From Clostridia bacterium DTU065 (GTDB taxonomy: Bacteria > Bacillota > DTU065): DNA of 63,383 nucleotides. Positions 30,422 through 40,857 of this stretch are shown here, piece by piece. Each line of letters opens with the position of its first letter. Within the stretch, counting starts at the first letter, position 1. Location: contig LFSI01000061.1 of assembly GCA_001512545.1 (NCBI GenBank), positions 1 through 63,383 on the forward strand. The letters are read 5' to 3'. The notes under the pieces were generated by a model. It searched no databases. It was not told the DNA's origin and saw only the letters and a program-made list of their open reading frames with translations. Both the position numbers and the translations under genes were made by a program.

Positions 30422-32002
30422 TTATACGCGGTAGTCTACCAAACCGTCTTTAGGTTTGGTGTAGGCTACCTCCGGTGGATTTTCTGAAGGTATGCCTTCT
30501 TCAGATCTCCCATTCAAGCTCATCAGCTTGGAAAACTCGCTGGCTAGTTCCAGCCTTGTTTCGTAGCTTCCCTGATGGTTGAAAAAGTTGGTTCCCAGAC
30601 TGAACTCGCCAAGCTGGAGACCTTGACTCTCCAAAGCTTTCTTTAAGACCGGAAGCTGCTCTTCGATGATCCTCTGGCTGAGAACGGTTTCGGTCTCAAG
30701 CTTCAGCTGCACAACGTCTGCCTTCACGCTAACGGAGATCTTCAGCTCACCCAACTCTTTTGGGTAGAGTCTGATGTTTACCGACTGCTCTTCTTCAGAA
30801 GCGCTGGTCAGCCTCCCTGCCAGGACCTCAAAGAACTGGTCGTACTCCAAAACCTCCAGGGCTCTGTCTCCCTGCACCCTACTTGGTGTGCTCCCCGAAA
30901 GCTCCCTAGCACCGAGCTCTTTCAGCGCTTCGGCAAAGCTCACTTCGAACTCAAGGTTTAGCGGCTGTTTTTCTTTCTGCACATCCCCGGTCCTTCGAAC
31001 CTCGAAACGGCTCTTTTCGGCTGCCACGAGATCTTTTCCATCGGAAGTTCCGATGGACTCATCCCAAGCTTCAGATGTGGCCCCACGCACCGCGGAAACC
31101 TCCGCTTCTTCTTCCAAACTCGTTCCTTCTTCTGGCAGTTTGCTGATTTCTGGTGATGCTTCTAGGGACTTTTGGAGCTTGGAAAGCTTGCCGTAGGCCT
31201 GCAGCACCGCTTTGCGGTCTAGAGGGCTCACTAGCTGAACCTCTGTCGTTGAAGCTTCTTTTGCGCTTCTGGAGCTTACCGCCGCTCTTGTGTGAAGAGA
31301 AGCCACTTCAACCTCAGCCTTCGGCTCTGCTTCTAGAGTGCTGCCGTAGGTTTGTCTGGGGTATGTCTCTTTAAGCAGATCTACAGCAGTAAGTTCAGAG
31401 GTTTCGCCTTCCAAGATTCCGAGGTTATCGGTGCCTGCAGGTAGGTCTTCGATGATGCTGACCCCAACCTGAGAAACACCTTGGTCTTCACTTGCAACTG
31501 CATCAGAAGCTGCTTCTAGAGCGGTAGCTGGCGGTGCTTCAAGCGGCACTTCAAGGGGAAGTTCGGTAAGCTCAATTTCTGTTTCCAATGCTTCTCCCAC
31601 TACTTCCATCCCGTAGAGCTCGAGGAAGTTTCCCTCTTGCCCACCATCTGCTGGCGCAGGCACTGCTGCAGTTAGCTGTTCCAAAGAGAGATCTGTGCTT
31701 TTAAGGTCCTGCTCCCAAAGACCTAGAGGCTCAACAGATTCACCTTCTTGAACCTCATCAGCTTGAGGCCTAATCTCTGGTGCAAACTGCAGATTCCAAA
31801 AGGCAGCTACAGGTTCTGATTCGCCGACAAGCTCAGACTCCTGCTGCTCTTGCACTTCGGGCTCTGGCTTGCCGCTTGAAGGCTTCTTGCCCTGTATTGC
31901 CGCTTTGAGAAAGGCACCAAACCCCAGAGGCTCGCTTCTGGACTTTGCAGGCTCTTTAGACAGGCTTAACGCAGCCTCCAGACTTACAATTCCTACATCC
32001 AT
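30422..32002 (-). CDS. fliK: Hook-length control protein FliK
   Basis: Long acidic low-complexity N-terminus; C-terminal T3S4 domain (IRLYPKELGELKI..LKKALESQGL), ending VDYRV. ATG 32002 follows GGGAGG. Confidence 0.88.
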   Translation of the reverse strand: MDVGIVSLEAALSLSKEPAKSRSEPLGFGAFLKAAIQGKKPSSGKPEPEVQEQQESELVGESEPVAAFWNLQFAPEIRPQADEVQEGESVEPLGLWEQDLKSTDLSLEQLTAAVPAPADGGQEGNFLELYGMEVVGEALETEIELTELPLEVPLEAPPATALEAASDAVASEDQGVSQVGVSIIEDLPAGTDNLGILEGETSELTAVDLLKETYPRQTYGSTLEAEPKAEVEVASLHTRAAVSSRSAKEASTTEVQLVSPLDRKAVLQAYGKLSKLQKSLEASPEISKLPEEGTSLEEEAEVSAVRGATSEAWDESIGTSDGKDLVAAEKSRFEVRRTGDVQKEKQPLNLEFEVSFAEALKELGARELSGSTPSRVQGDRALEVLEYDQFFEVLAGRLTSASEEEQSVNIRLYPKELGELKISVSVKADVVQLKLETETVLSQRIIEEQLPVLKKALESQGLQLGEFSLGTNFFNHQGSYETRLELASEFSKLMSLNGRSEEGIPSENPPEVAYTKPKDGLVDYRV

Positions 32003-32006
32003 CCAT

Positions 32007-32582
32007 TCACCTCCCTTCCATTTTGCTGGATACTTTGGGAAGCAGCGCTGCTGCTTCTTGTGGATCCATACTCTGCAGAATGGCAATCACCGTATCCTGG
32101 TCCATACTGGCTAATAGATCCACCTTTCTATCTTCGGGAAGGTTCTCGAGGATTGCGAGAACCGATCTGGTTTCCATTTCACTGAGGAGCATAGCTTCAA
32201 CTCTGAGGCTCTCCACATTTGCCTTGATCGCTAAAAGATCCTGCCGGTCCTTTTCCAAAGCCAATCTCTCATCTTCCAGCCTTTTTTCGCGGCTGTTTAG
32301 TTCCTGTTCTCTTCTATCCAGGTTCTTTTGACGCTCCATGAGTCCACTTTGTATCTCCAAGAGTTCTGCTTCAAAAGCCAAAAGCTCATCTTTTTTCTCC
32401 TGGAGCAGTATGTCCTCGCTGAGGCCCAGCCTGTATGTTTCAATATAGGGGTGGGTAACACTCCACTTGTCCAAAGCCGTCATTGTGATGGCCTTCACAT
32501 CGATGATGTCGGCCAGGTCCAAAACGTAGATACCAACTATAAGTGCAGCTATGACGGCAAGTACTACCATGAACCACTTCAT
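32007..32582 (-). CDS. YlxF/MotE-like flagellar protein (MgtE-N-like)
   Basis: TM, coiled coil, then 'ILQSMDPQEAAALL'; between fliJ and fliK. Confidence 0.8.
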   Translation of the reverse strand: MKWFMVVLAVIAALIVGIYVLDLADIIDVKAITMTALDKWSVTHPYIETYRLGLSEDILLQEKKDELLAFEAELLEIQSGLMERQKNLDRREQELNSREKRLEDERLALEKDRQDLLAIKANVESLRVEAMLLSEMETRSVLAILENLPEDRKVDLLASMDQDTVIAILQSMDPQEAAALLPKVSSKMEGR

Positions 32583-33028
32583 CTGTATTCCCCCTCTTTT
32601 CTAGAGAAAGCGAGTATCCCGATTTCGTCTAGAAAGAGCTGCTCTTCGTGTTCTACTGCTTTCTTGTACCTCTCCTGAGCTTTTTCCCTGAGTTTTTCCA
32701 GGAGCTTTCTGTTTCGCATGGCATCTATCAAAATCATCCGCTTGGTCTTGAGGTCATCTTCCAGTTCGGCGAGCTTCTGGTAAGCTCGTTCAATCCGCAC
32801 CATGAGCGCTTGCAGGTAGCTTTCTCGGTTGACAAGAGACAGTATCTCTTCTTCCTCCGAACCGAACCTAACGCTCTGGTACTTCACTTCCAAGTTGTGA
32901 ATGAAGTTCTTCTGCTGCAGCACGAGATTCTGAGCCTTGGCAAACTCCTCTAGAGCCATGTCTTCTTTGGCTCTGGCCACATCTAGGACTTTTTGCAGGC
33001 TAAACTTGAATTTTTTCACGAAGATCAC
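32579..33028 (-). CDS. fliJ: Flagellar export protein FliJ
   Basis: FKFSLQKVLD, LEKLREK, EQLFLDE. Confidence 0.92.
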   Translation of the reverse strand: MIFVKKFKFSLQKVLDVARAKEDMALEEFAKAQNLVLQQKNFIHNLEVKYQSVRFGSEEEEILSLVNRESYLQALMVRIERAYQKLAELEDDLKTKRMILIDAMRNRKLLEKLREKAQERYKKAVEHEEQLFLDEIGILAFSRKEGEYR

Positions 33029-34344
33029 TCCGCAAAGATGGCCTGTAGATTAGTGAGGGTGGTGTCAAAGTCCAGCTTTTCCTCTACTTCCTGGCGCAAG
33101 AATTGGTTCACCGCCTCAATCTTTTCCAGGGCGTAGTCGATATCGGCGTTGCTCCCAGGTTCGTAGGCTCCGATGTTAATCAGGTCCTCTGCACCTCTGT
33201 AGCTCGCCAGAACCCTCCGGAGATGTTTGGCGTTGTTTCTGTGGGTTTTATCTGTAATGTCAGGCATGGAACGGCTGACGCTAGCCAAAACATCTATGGC
33301 GGGATAGTGTCCTTTTTCTGCCAGTTCTCGAGAGAGAGCGATGTGGCCGTCGAGAACACCGCGCACGGTGTCGGAGACCGGCTCGTTCAGGTCATCGCCT
33401 TCAACCAGAACCGTATAGAGCCCGGTGATCGAACCCCGCTCGCCTGCTCCGGCCCTCTCTAAAAGCTTGGGCAGGAGGGCAAAAACCGAAGGTGTGTAAC
33501 CTCTGGTTGTCGGGGGCTCTCCAGTTGCCAGACCTACCTCTCTTTGGGCCATGGCAAACCTGGTGACAGAATCCATCATCAACAGGACATCGTGCCCCAT
33601 ATCTCTGAAGTATTCGGCAATTGTAGTTGCTACAAACGCCGCTTTAATGCGGGCCAGTGCAGGTTGGTCAGAGGTAGATACCACCACTACCGACCGCTTC
33701 AAACCCTCTTCCTGTAGATCTCTTTCGATAAACTCGCGGACTTCGCGGCCGCGTTCGCCAATGAGGCCGATGACGTTGACGCTAGCTGCAGTGTTGCGGG
33801 CGATCATACCCATCAAGGTAGATTTGCCCACACCGCTGCCGGCAAAGATCCCGAGCCTCTGCCCCTTGCCGCAGGTAAGCAGCCCGTCTATGGCTTTGAT
33901 TCCCAAGGGTAAGGGGTGCTGAATCCGCTGTCTTTTCAGCGGATGCGGGGGTTTGTTAACTATTGGGTAGAGGTCGAAGTCAGCGATTTCACCCAACCCA
34001 TCCATAGGGTTGCCGAGGCCGTCGAGAACCCGTCCTAGAAGTTTTTCGGACACTCTGACTGTGAGGGGTTGTCCCGTTGCCGAGACTTCTGCTCCGGGAA
34101 CGATGCCGTCCATTTCGCCGATGGGCATGAGGAGGATCTTTTTGTCCCGAAAGCCCACCACCTCCGCCAGCACCTGGCCGTTTCCGGTAGAAACCTGGCA
34201 GATCTCGCCGACGGCAGCTTTAGGGCCGTTGGAGACCATAACCAAGCCCGTGACCTGGTCGATCTGCCCGTACATCTTCACGGGACTGGTGCTTTTTACC
34301 TCGTCAAGCAAATTCTGCCATCTACTCATCAGATTCACCTTCAA
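33025..34344 (-). CDS. fliI: Flagellar export ATPase FliI
   Basis: FAGSGVGKSTL, GERGREVREF, MDSVTRFAMAQRE. Confidence 0.97.
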   Translation of the reverse strand: MKVNLMSRWQNLLDEVKSTSPVKMYGQIDQVTGLVMVSNGPKAAVGEICQVSTGNGQVLAEVVGFRDKKILLMPIGEMDGIVPGAEVSATGQPLTVRVSEKLLGRVLDGLGNPMDGLGEIADFDLYPIVNKPPHPLKRQRIQHPLPLGIKAIDGLLTCGKGQRLGIFAGSGVGKSTLMGMIARNTAASVNVIGLIGERGREVREFIERDLQEEGLKRSVVVVSTSDQPALARIKAAFVATTIAEYFRDMGHDVLLMMDSVTRFAMAQREVGLATGEPPTTRGYTPSVFALLPKLLERAGAGERGSITGLYTVLVEGDDLNEPVSDTVRGVLDGHIALSRELAEKGHYPAIDVLASVSRSMPDITDKTHRNNAKHLRRVLASYRGAEDLINIGAYEPGSNADIDYALEKIEAVNQFLRQEVEEKLDFDTTLTNLQAIFAE

Positions 34345-35077
34345 CCTGTACCTCTCTGCTTCTAAAGCGGTCGATAATGCTGTCTATGCGGGTAGAAAGC
34401 GTGGCATCGATGTTTCCCGTGTTGCTGGTAGCTAAAAAGCCGCCTCTTTCAACGCGATCTGAAGGGACAATCTTCAGTTCCTTTACGTTTACGCACTTTT
34501 GCAGGATGAGGTGCTTGTTGGCGGTGACAAGGTCTAGTTCCTCGCGGTTGACTTCTACCACCAGTTCAGTGCACTCCTCAATTAACGGTAGCGTTTCATC
34601 CAAGACTCTAAGGATCAGTGCATCGTCAACAGCGGTGTAACAGATCTTCTCGATGCTGACCCGAAGAAGCTGAAGCAGAGCTTCGTGGGCTTCATCTGCC
34701 AGGCGTTTTTTCGTTTCGGTGAGTTCTTCCAGAGCTGTCGAAAAGTTTGCCAGCCACACTTGGAGGTTTTCCTCGTGTTCTACTCTTGCCTTACTTAGGC
34801 CTTCCTCATAGCCCTCCCTGTAGGCCTTTTCTCTTATTTTCACAGCGTCTTTTTCTGCAGCATCTATCAACAGGGCGGCCTTTTGCTGAGCTTCGGCGTA
34901 GATCCTTTTCGCCTGTCTTTGGACATCTTCCAGATCGACTTCCTGGTGGAGTTCCTCTGCTACCGCGGCAGTTTCTTCTTCTGCGATAAAAGCCTCTTTT
35001 TCAGCATCCAGACTGACAATCTCATCTGACAGCAGGAAGCCGTCTTTAAGCAGCTTAGACGATGATCTCATCTTCAC
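34322..35077 (-). CDS. fliH: Flagellar assembly protein FliH
   Basis: AYREGYEEG motif, VERGGF..GNIDATL. Confidence 0.9.
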   Translation of the reverse strand: MKMRSSSKLLKDGFLLSDEIVSLDAEKEAFIAEEETAAVAEELHQEVDLEDVQRQAKRIYAEAQQKAALLIDAAEKDAVKIREKAYREGYEEGLSKARVEHEENLQVWLANFSTALEELTETKKRLADEAHEALLQLLRVSIEKICYTAVDDALILRVLDETLPLIEECTELVVEVNREELDLVTANKHLILQKCVNVKELKIVPSDRVERGGFLATSNTGNIDATLSTRIDSIIDRFRSREVQVEGESDE

Positions 35078-36086
35078 CGCCCCTACTTATGACAACTTCG
35101 CCAGCATCTTCAAGCTTCCGTATGATGGCAACAATCCGTTGCTGGGCTTCTTCAACATCTCTAAGTCTAACCGGTCCGAGGTAGTCGATCTCTTCTTTAA
35201 GCATGGACGCGGCTCTCTGGGACATGTTCTTGAAGATCTTCTGCTGGACGACTTCGTTGCTGCCTTTAAGCGCCAATGCCCAGTCTTTGGACTCGACTTC
35301 GCGGATAATACGCTGAATGGCTCTGTCGTCGAGACCTGCAACGTCTTCGAAGACAAACATGCGCTTTCTGACGCTTTCTGCAAGTTCCGGATCGACGGTC
35401 TCCAGACCGTCCATGATGGTCTTTTCTGTAGTCCTGTCTACCCTGTTTAAAATCTCAACTACAGCTTGGATGCCGCCGGCGCTTGTGGATTCCTGGTTGA
35501 TGAAGCTTGCCAGGCGCTTTTCCAACACCGACTCAACTTCGCTCAAGACCTCAGGGCTTGTCCCTTCCATGGTAGCAAGACGCTTGGCCACTTCGACCTG
35601 TTCTTCCGGAGAAAGAGACGACAGAATGGCTGCAGCCTGTTCAGGCTGGAGATAGGCCATGATCAAGGAGATCGTCTGGGGATGCTCCCCCTGGATGAAG
35701 TTGAACAGCTGATTGGGGTCGGCTCTTCTGGCAAAGTCGAAGGGCCTGACCTGCAGCGAAGAGGTCAGCCTCAGGATGATCTCCTCTGCCTTGACCGGAC
35801 CGAAAGCCTTCTCCAGAAGATCTCTGGCATACTCGATACCGCCTGTGGCGATATATTCCTGGGCTTTAGCGATCTCTTTAAACTCCGCCAATATCTCGTC
35901 TCTCAGCTGCGGTTCGACTTTTTTGATGTTGGCGATCTCCAGGGTGAGGTCTTCGATCTCTTCTTCTCTCAGATGTTTATAGACATTTGCAGACAGTTCC
36001 GGTCCTAAAGTCACCATGAGAATGGCCGCTTTTTGCTTTCCTGTTAGTCCTCCGCGTCTGCTTCTAAATTGTTGCATTTCAGCCAC
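35055..36086 (-). CDS. fliG: Flagellar motor switch protein FliG
   Basis: KAAIL, EHPQ, MFVFED, GPVRLRDVEEAQ. Confidence 0.98.
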   Translation of the reverse strand: MAEMQQFRSRRGGLTGKQKAAILMVTLGPELSANVYKHLREEEIEDLTLEIANIKKVEPQLRDEILAEFKEIAKAQEYIATGGIEYARDLLEKAFGPVKAEEIILRLTSSLQVRPFDFARRADPNQLFNFIQGEHPQTISLIMAYLQPEQAAAILSSLSPEEQVEVAKRLATMEGTSPEVLSEVESVLEKRLASFINQESTSAGGIQAVVEILNRVDRTTEKTIMDGLETVDPELAESVRKRMFVFEDVAGLDDRAIQRIIREVESKDWALALKGSNEVVQQKIFKNMSQRAASMLKEEIDYLGPVRLRDVEEAQQRIVAIIRKLEDAGEVVISRGGEDEIIV

Positions 36087-36095
36087 CTCTCTCTC

Positions 36096-37625
36096 CTAAT
36101 CTTCAGCCAACCAGGACTGAAGCACTTTAGCAACTTCTTCAGGTTTCTGTCTGGCAACAAGCTTCAGTTCTCTTTCAAGAGTAAGCCGTGGAGCAGGAAC
36201 ACTCTCTTGTTCTTCCTCGGCTTCAGTAACAGCTGCAGTCTCTTCAAGTACGGCAGCTTCTCTCTGGCGTCTGGTGCGACCGCGCAGTGCAAACAACAGC
36301 ACCAACAAGAGGACTACTGCCACCGGCACGATGTAGATGTAAGGTAATTCGGGACCGGCTGCAACAAGTGGTGCTTCGGTAACGGTTTCAGCAGTGAAGA
36401 AAGGCATGCTTTCCACGGTCAGCTGATCTCCTCTCCCAAAATCAAGACCGCTGGCTGCAATCACAGCTTGCCTGACCATCTCTTTGGTGCTTTCATCCAA
36501 GTCGCCGTGGAGCCAGACTGCTACAGATAACCTTTTTATGGAACCAGGTGCTACCACATGATGCTCTAGCACCTTGGAGATTTCGTAATTGGTGATAGTA
36601 TCGGAACGCTCGTAAGAACTGCTATCTTGGGTGTTAGTGTCGAAGGTGTATCCTGGTATGTTGCTGGTGATACCGGCTACGCCGATCGGAACAGAGCTGC
36701 TCGTCCCTGATTGAACTTCTCGGCTCTGCTGCTCGCTTCGAACAATGCCGCGATTTCCGGTTACCGGCTCATACCTTTCGGCTGTAGTCTCTTTGTAGTC
36801 GAAGGCGACTTCTGCAGAGACTCTCACGATGGCATTGCCAAAGCCGAAGATCCGCTCGAGCATGCTCTGAAGGTTAACCGCCAGTTCTCTGTCAATCTGG
36901 CGCTTCAGCTCAAGCTGATTGGAAGGCGCGGTTGATTGGCCGAACTGCGTGTTAAACATGGACGGATCCGACAATACGTTCCACGAACTATCCATGATGG
37001 TAACATTTTGGGGCGACAGTCCCGGAACTGCTCCCGCAAGAAAGTTAGCTATGCTTTTGATCTGATCTGTACTGATTCTGGCATACGGCTCTAGAGTCAG
37101 CACCACAGAAGCTGTTGCAGTTCCAGTGTCGGTTAAAAAGGGAGATGATTCCGGCAAAACCACGTGCACCCGTGCATCTTTCACGCCGCTGAGGGTCCGG
37201 ATGCTTCGGACTAACTCGCCTTCGAGGGCTCTTTTGAACATCTGCTGTTGTTCAAAATCTGTAATACCCCATTTTGTTTGATCAAATAACTCATTGCCTA
37301 CCACGCCACCGGTCAAGAGCCCCGATGCAGACAGCTTAATCCGCAAGCTGTCCACCTTGTCCGATGGCACCAAAATCGTCCTTCCACCATCTTTTAGCTG
37401 GTAGGGGATTTTCTCTTCCTCTAGAGCGGCCATGATCTGACCTGCATCCACAAGGGCAAGGTCGTAAAACAGCGGCGAAAACTCCTTGGTGTTGCCCCAG
37501 ATCGAGATCGCCACAAGTGTCACAAAAATGGATGCAGACAAGATTATGGCGAGCCATTTGATCTTTTTGTCGAGGTTTTGCCACAGTTCTTTTATTTGAT
37601 TCCCCAGCTGCGCCAATTGGTTCAT
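36096..37625 (-). CDS. fliF: Flagellar MS-ring protein FliF
   Basis: RALEGELVRSI, ARVHVVLP, ATASVVL, two TMs, C-terminal SWLAED. Confidence 0.96.
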   Translation of the reverse strand: MNQLAQLGNQIKELWQNLDKKIKWLAIILSASIFVTLVAISIWGNTKEFSPLFYDLALVDAGQIMAALEEEKIPYQLKDGGRTILVPSDKVDSLRIKLSASGLLTGGVVGNELFDQTKWGITDFEQQQMFKRALEGELVRSIRTLSGVKDARVHVVLPESSPFLTDTGTATASVVLTLEPYARISTDQIKSIANFLAGAVPGLSPQNVTIMDSSWNVLSDPSMFNTQFGQSTAPSNQLELKRQIDRELAVNLQSMLERIFGFGNAIVRVSAEVAFDYKETTAERYEPVTGNRGIVRSEQQSREVQSGTSSSVPIGVAGITSNIPGYTFDTNTQDSSSYERSDTITNYEISKVLEHHVVAPGSIKRLSVAVWLHGDLDESTKEMVRQAVIAASGLDFGRGDQLTVESMPFFTAETVTEAPLVAAGPELPYIYIVPVAVVLLLVLLFALRGRTRRQREAAVLEETAAVTEAEEEQESVPAPRLTLERELKLVARQKPEEVAKVLQSWLAED

Positions 37626-37643
37626 TCTAACCCTACTCCTTTA

Positions 37644-37937
37644 TTAAACCTGCATCCTCATGATCTCTTTGTATCCTTCAATAAGTCGGTCTTTAATTGC
37701 CAGTGTAATGTCTAGCGCTATAGCCGCTTTTTGTGCTGCAATGGTGAGGTCGTGAAGTTCAACAGTAGGATCCTTCAGTGCCACCCGAACGCTCACTTCT
37801 TCAGCCTCAAGCTGCGCCTGGTTAACGCTGCTTAATGCATCTTTTAGAAAACTGCCGAAGGAATCGGTTAAGACCTTCTGGGCAGACTTATTTTCCGTGT
37901 TGAGATTTGCGAGTTTGCCAACCCCTGAAACGTTCAT
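37644..37937 (-). CDS. fliE: Hook-basal body protein FliE
   Basis: SFGSFLKDAL..YKEIMRMQV. Confidence 0.95.
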   Translation of the reverse strand: MNVSGVGKLANLNTENKSAQKVLTDSFGSFLKDALSSVNQAQLEAEEVSVRVALKDPTVELHDLTIAAQKAAIALDITLAIKDRLIEGYKEIMRMQV

Positions 37938-37950
37938 TCACAGAACCTCC

Positions 37951-38391
37951 TTAGCGTCCAATTTCCAGAGCTTTCGCTGCTGCGGACTTGTAGGCATTGA
38001 TCACTTGAACATTGGCCTCGTATGCCCGGCTCGCAGTGATTAGGTCAACCATCTCTTTGACCACATCAACGTTGGGCATCTCTACGTAGCCTTCTTCGTT
38101 GGCATCGGGATGATCTGGGTCGTAGATCAGCTTAAATGGAGAGTTGTCCACGGCAACACCCACAACCTTTACCCCTTTAGGAACTCTGGCGGTTGCAGTG
38201 CTTCCACCACTGCCCTTGTTCATCTCGCTTTCCAGGATCGTTGCAAAAACAGGTACTCTCCTCTGGTAAGCTCCACCTGTTTCCGTTCTGGTGGAGTTTG
38301 CGTTGGCAATGTTGCTGGAAATGATATCCATCCTCAGCCGTTCTGCAGTAAGACCAGAGGCGCTAATTTCTAAAATAGAGAACATACCCAT
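37951..38391 (-). CDS. flgC: Basal body rod protein FlgC
   Basis: SASGLTAERLRMD, YDPDHPDA, SRAYEAN. Confidence 0.97.
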   Translation of the reverse strand: MGMFSILEISASGLTAERLRMDIISSNIANANSTRTETGGAYQRRVPVFATILESEMNKGSGGSTATARVPKGVKVVGVAVDNSPFKLIYDPDHPDANEEGYVEMPNVDVVKEMVDLITASRAYEANVQVINAYKSAAAKALEIGR

Positions 38392-38798
38392 TATTGTCTA
38401 CCTCCTTGGAGAACAGATTGCAGGAGTTTGAACTTGTTGCTCAGCCCCGTTGCAACCCCGGAATAGTAAAGGTTGTTTTCCACCAAGGCAGCAACTTCTT
38501 TTTCGATGTCCACGTTGTTGCCATCGGTACGCATGAGGTAATTTGCCTGAGGAGTTGTACGCACCTGAGCTCTTCCTGTCTGAACGTTCGCCGGAATGTG
38601 GTTTGGGTTGGTTCTAGCTAGAGGAAGACTGGTGTTTCCTCCTAGGCTGCGTTTCAGTTCTGCGGCAAAATCCATATCCTGAGCTATGTACCCGGGAGTA
38701 TTGACGTTGGCGATATTGTTGGCAATCTGGTTAAACCTTTTGCTGCTTACGTTCAAAGCCTCATGAAGGAGCTTGTCCTTATCATTGAAGATGCGCAT
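38391..38798 (-). CDS. flgB: Basal body rod protein FlgB
   Basis: IANNIANVNTPGY, RTDGNNVDIE. Confidence 0.97.
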   Translation of the reverse strand: MRIFNDKDKLLHEALNVSSKRFNQIANNIANVNTPGYIAQDMDFAAELKRSLGGNTSLPLARTNPNHIPANVQTGRAQVRTTPQANYLMRTDGNNVDIEKEVAALVENNLYYSGVATGLSNKFKLLQSVLQGGRQ

Positions 38799-39087
38799 TA
38801 TATCAACACCTTTCTCAAAATGGATTTGAAAACGGTTCTCAGAGTCAAAAACTGGTAGTTTTTCTTTAAGAGTAAATTCACCACAAAAGGCTTTTTTACT
38901 TTTTCTCAGTTATAGGTCTTAAGTCCCAAGTGAGTCTGTTTCTTGCGTTTTCTTCCAAAACTAGTAACAAATACCTAGCAGGAGAATATGCCAACGCTGC
39001 CTCTGGAAAAGCGTTGGCAGTGCAGCATCCTTACTGGAGTAGAATAAACCGCTTACATACTGCTTGCATAAAACGCTTACCTAAGGC

Positions 39088-39138
39088 AATAAAGGGAGCA
39101 CTGCTCCCTACCTCTTTTGGTAGGTCAGCAGCACTCCC
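39088..39138 (-). terminator. Long hairpin terminator after the spmAB-DUF151 operon
   Basis: GGGAGTGCTGCT..CCTACC/GGTAGG..AGCAGTGCTCCC followed by TTTATT. Confidence 0.65.
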
Positions 39139-39159
39139 GACTGTAGTTGCAAAAATTTG

Positions 39160-39699
39160 CTACTTATCGATAAAGCGATTCCATTCTTCAGGGGTCACAT
39201 CATCCAAAAACTGCCTGAAAGCCTCGACTTCATCTTTTGCAATCGGTTCATTTGACGGCATTTTTACGTTGGAGATTATCTCGACATCGACTTCCCTTAA
39301 GACCAGATCACCAGCTAGCTTCTCACTCAAGTAGATTGGGGCATTGCTCTTAAGTGCCAACGCTACAGCATCAGAAGGGCGAGCATCAATCTCTAGCTTT
39401 ACAGGAGCACCATCTCCTGTACCGTCTTGAACAAGCGTGATAACTGCATAATACGTATTGTCCTTAAAATCGGTGATATCTACTTTTTCAATGCGGTATT
39501 TTAAGGTTGTTAAAATCCTAATCATCAAATCATGGGTTTGAGGTCTTGGGCTTTTTACACCTTCTAGCTCGGATGCTATAGCAGTTGCTTCGGCAATGCC
39601 GATAAACATCGGTAAAACCTTGTCCCCACTGGATAAGAGTAGAACAATACTCATTGTCTTGGGATCAATACCTACTCCGCGTACCTTTACCTCATGCAA
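39160..39699 (-). CDS. Bifunctional nuclease family protein (DUF151)
   Basis: LPMFIGIAEATAI, RPQTHDL, IDARPSDAVALAL. TTG start at 39699. Confidence 0.93.
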   Translation of the reverse strand: MHEVKVRGVGIDPKTMSIVLLLSSGDKVLPMFIGIAEATAIASELEGVKSPRPQTHDLMIRILTTLKYRIEKVDITDFKDNTYYAVITLVQDGTGDGAPVKLEIDARPSDAVALALKSNAPIYLSEKLAGDLVLREVDVEIISNVKMPSNEPIAKDEVEAFRQFLDDVTPEEWNRFIDK

Positions 39700-39770
39700 A
39701 ATGCTCACCCCTTTCTCTAAAAGCATTATAACAAGAACGGTCAAACATGAACACTGGCATTTGCTTTAAG

Positions 39771-40280
39771 TTATAACAGAACTCTCCATATAAGGCTGCT
39801 TGCGATAAGGACCAAGAACTGCACAACTAAAGCTACTATAAAAATATGCCTGCTTTTTTTGATCTGTACTGAGGCCAGGTAGGTCGCTGCGACGTAAAAC
39901 GCAGTTTCGGTGCTGGCCATGAACGTGGATGCGCTGAGACCAATCAGCGAATCGGGACCGTGTTCCCCAAGGAGTTTTGTCAGGATAGCAAGGGATGCGG
40001 AGCCTGAAAACGGCCGCATCAAGGCCAGTGGCACCAGCTCCTTCGAGACGCCAAATGGACTGAGAACAAGGCCGATCGTATCTACTATATACCCCCACAG
40101 TATACCGTTTCTAACCAGTGCCATAGCTACAAATATGCCGATAATTGTGGGGAGGATGCGCCAAAGGGCAATGATGCCATCTTTTGCGCCTTCGTAGAAG
40201 TGCTCGAAAATGTTGATTCTGGCCTTCAATCCCAAGACGATGCAAAACAAGACAATCAACGCCGGCACGTACCCACTCAT
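39771..40280 (-). CDS. spmB: Spore maturation protein B
   Basis: FYEGAKDG, PLALMRPFSGSASL, STETAFYV. Confidence 0.92.
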   Translation of the reverse strand: MSGYVPALIVLFCIVLGLKARINIFEHFYEGAKDGIIALWRILPTIIGIFVAMALVRNGILWGYIVDTIGLVLSPFGVSKELVPLALMRPFSGSASLAILTKLLGEHGPDSLIGLSASTFMASTETAFYVAATYLASVQIKKSRHIFIVALVVQFLVLIASSLIWRVLL

Positions 40281-40838
40281 TTACCCCTCACCCCACAGCC
40301 GATCGAGGAGTAAAGCAAGGGCTGCTCCAAAGACAGAAACGACTAGCGTCGGCACCCAGATCAACGCCGCTTTCTGGGAGCCCACAGCCGCTCTCATGCT
40401 GATCACCGTTGACGGAAACACCGTAAAGCCAGTGCTAAGAAGTACCAGGAACGTTGCCATGTTCGGTGTGAGCTGTCCGCCTTTTTTTAACTCGGCCATG
40501 GCTCTAAGACCCCAGACCGTTGCCGCGTTTCCGAGGCCAAGGAGGTTGGCAGCGATACTGGCAAAGATAGCCTCCTCCTGGGCAGGGCTTAGCGGTCTGC
40601 GGAAAACTCTTTTGAATATAGGTCTGGCAAATTTTGCGGTCAAAAAGCCCAAAAGTCCCGTTTTGTCCAAAATCCCATAGATGCCGGACCAAAAAGCCAT
40701 AATACCAAACAGACTCAATACGTACTGTATGGAATCGCTTCCACCCTGGGTTATGCAAACCAAAAGCCTTTCAGGCTTACCTTCGAGAATCGCCGAGACA
40801 ATACCGATAATCATCAAACCTGCCCACACTGAGCTCAT
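40281..40838 (-). CDS. spmA: Spore maturation protein A
   Basis: GIMAFWSG, ANLLGLGNAAT..GLRAM; upstream of spmB. Confidence 0.92.
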   Translation of the reverse strand: MSSVWAGLMIIGIVSAILEGKPERLLVCITQGGSDSIQYVLSLFGIMAFWSGIYGILDKTGLLGFLTAKFARPIFKRVFRRPLSPAQEEAIFASIAANLLGLGNAATVWGLRAMAELKKGGQLTPNMATFLVLLSTGFTVFPSTVISMRAAVGSQKAALIWVPTLVVSVFGAALALLLDRLWGEG

Positions 40839-40857
40839 CTTCGACCCTCCTCTTACA

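Noticed and set aside
38799-39160. c-di-GMP riboswitch or invertible flagellar switch upstream of flgB
   Set aside because: Hairpins exist (38989-39019, 39094-39138), but there is no GGCAAA..GAAA..GACGCAAAG core and no long inverted repeats bounding a segment.
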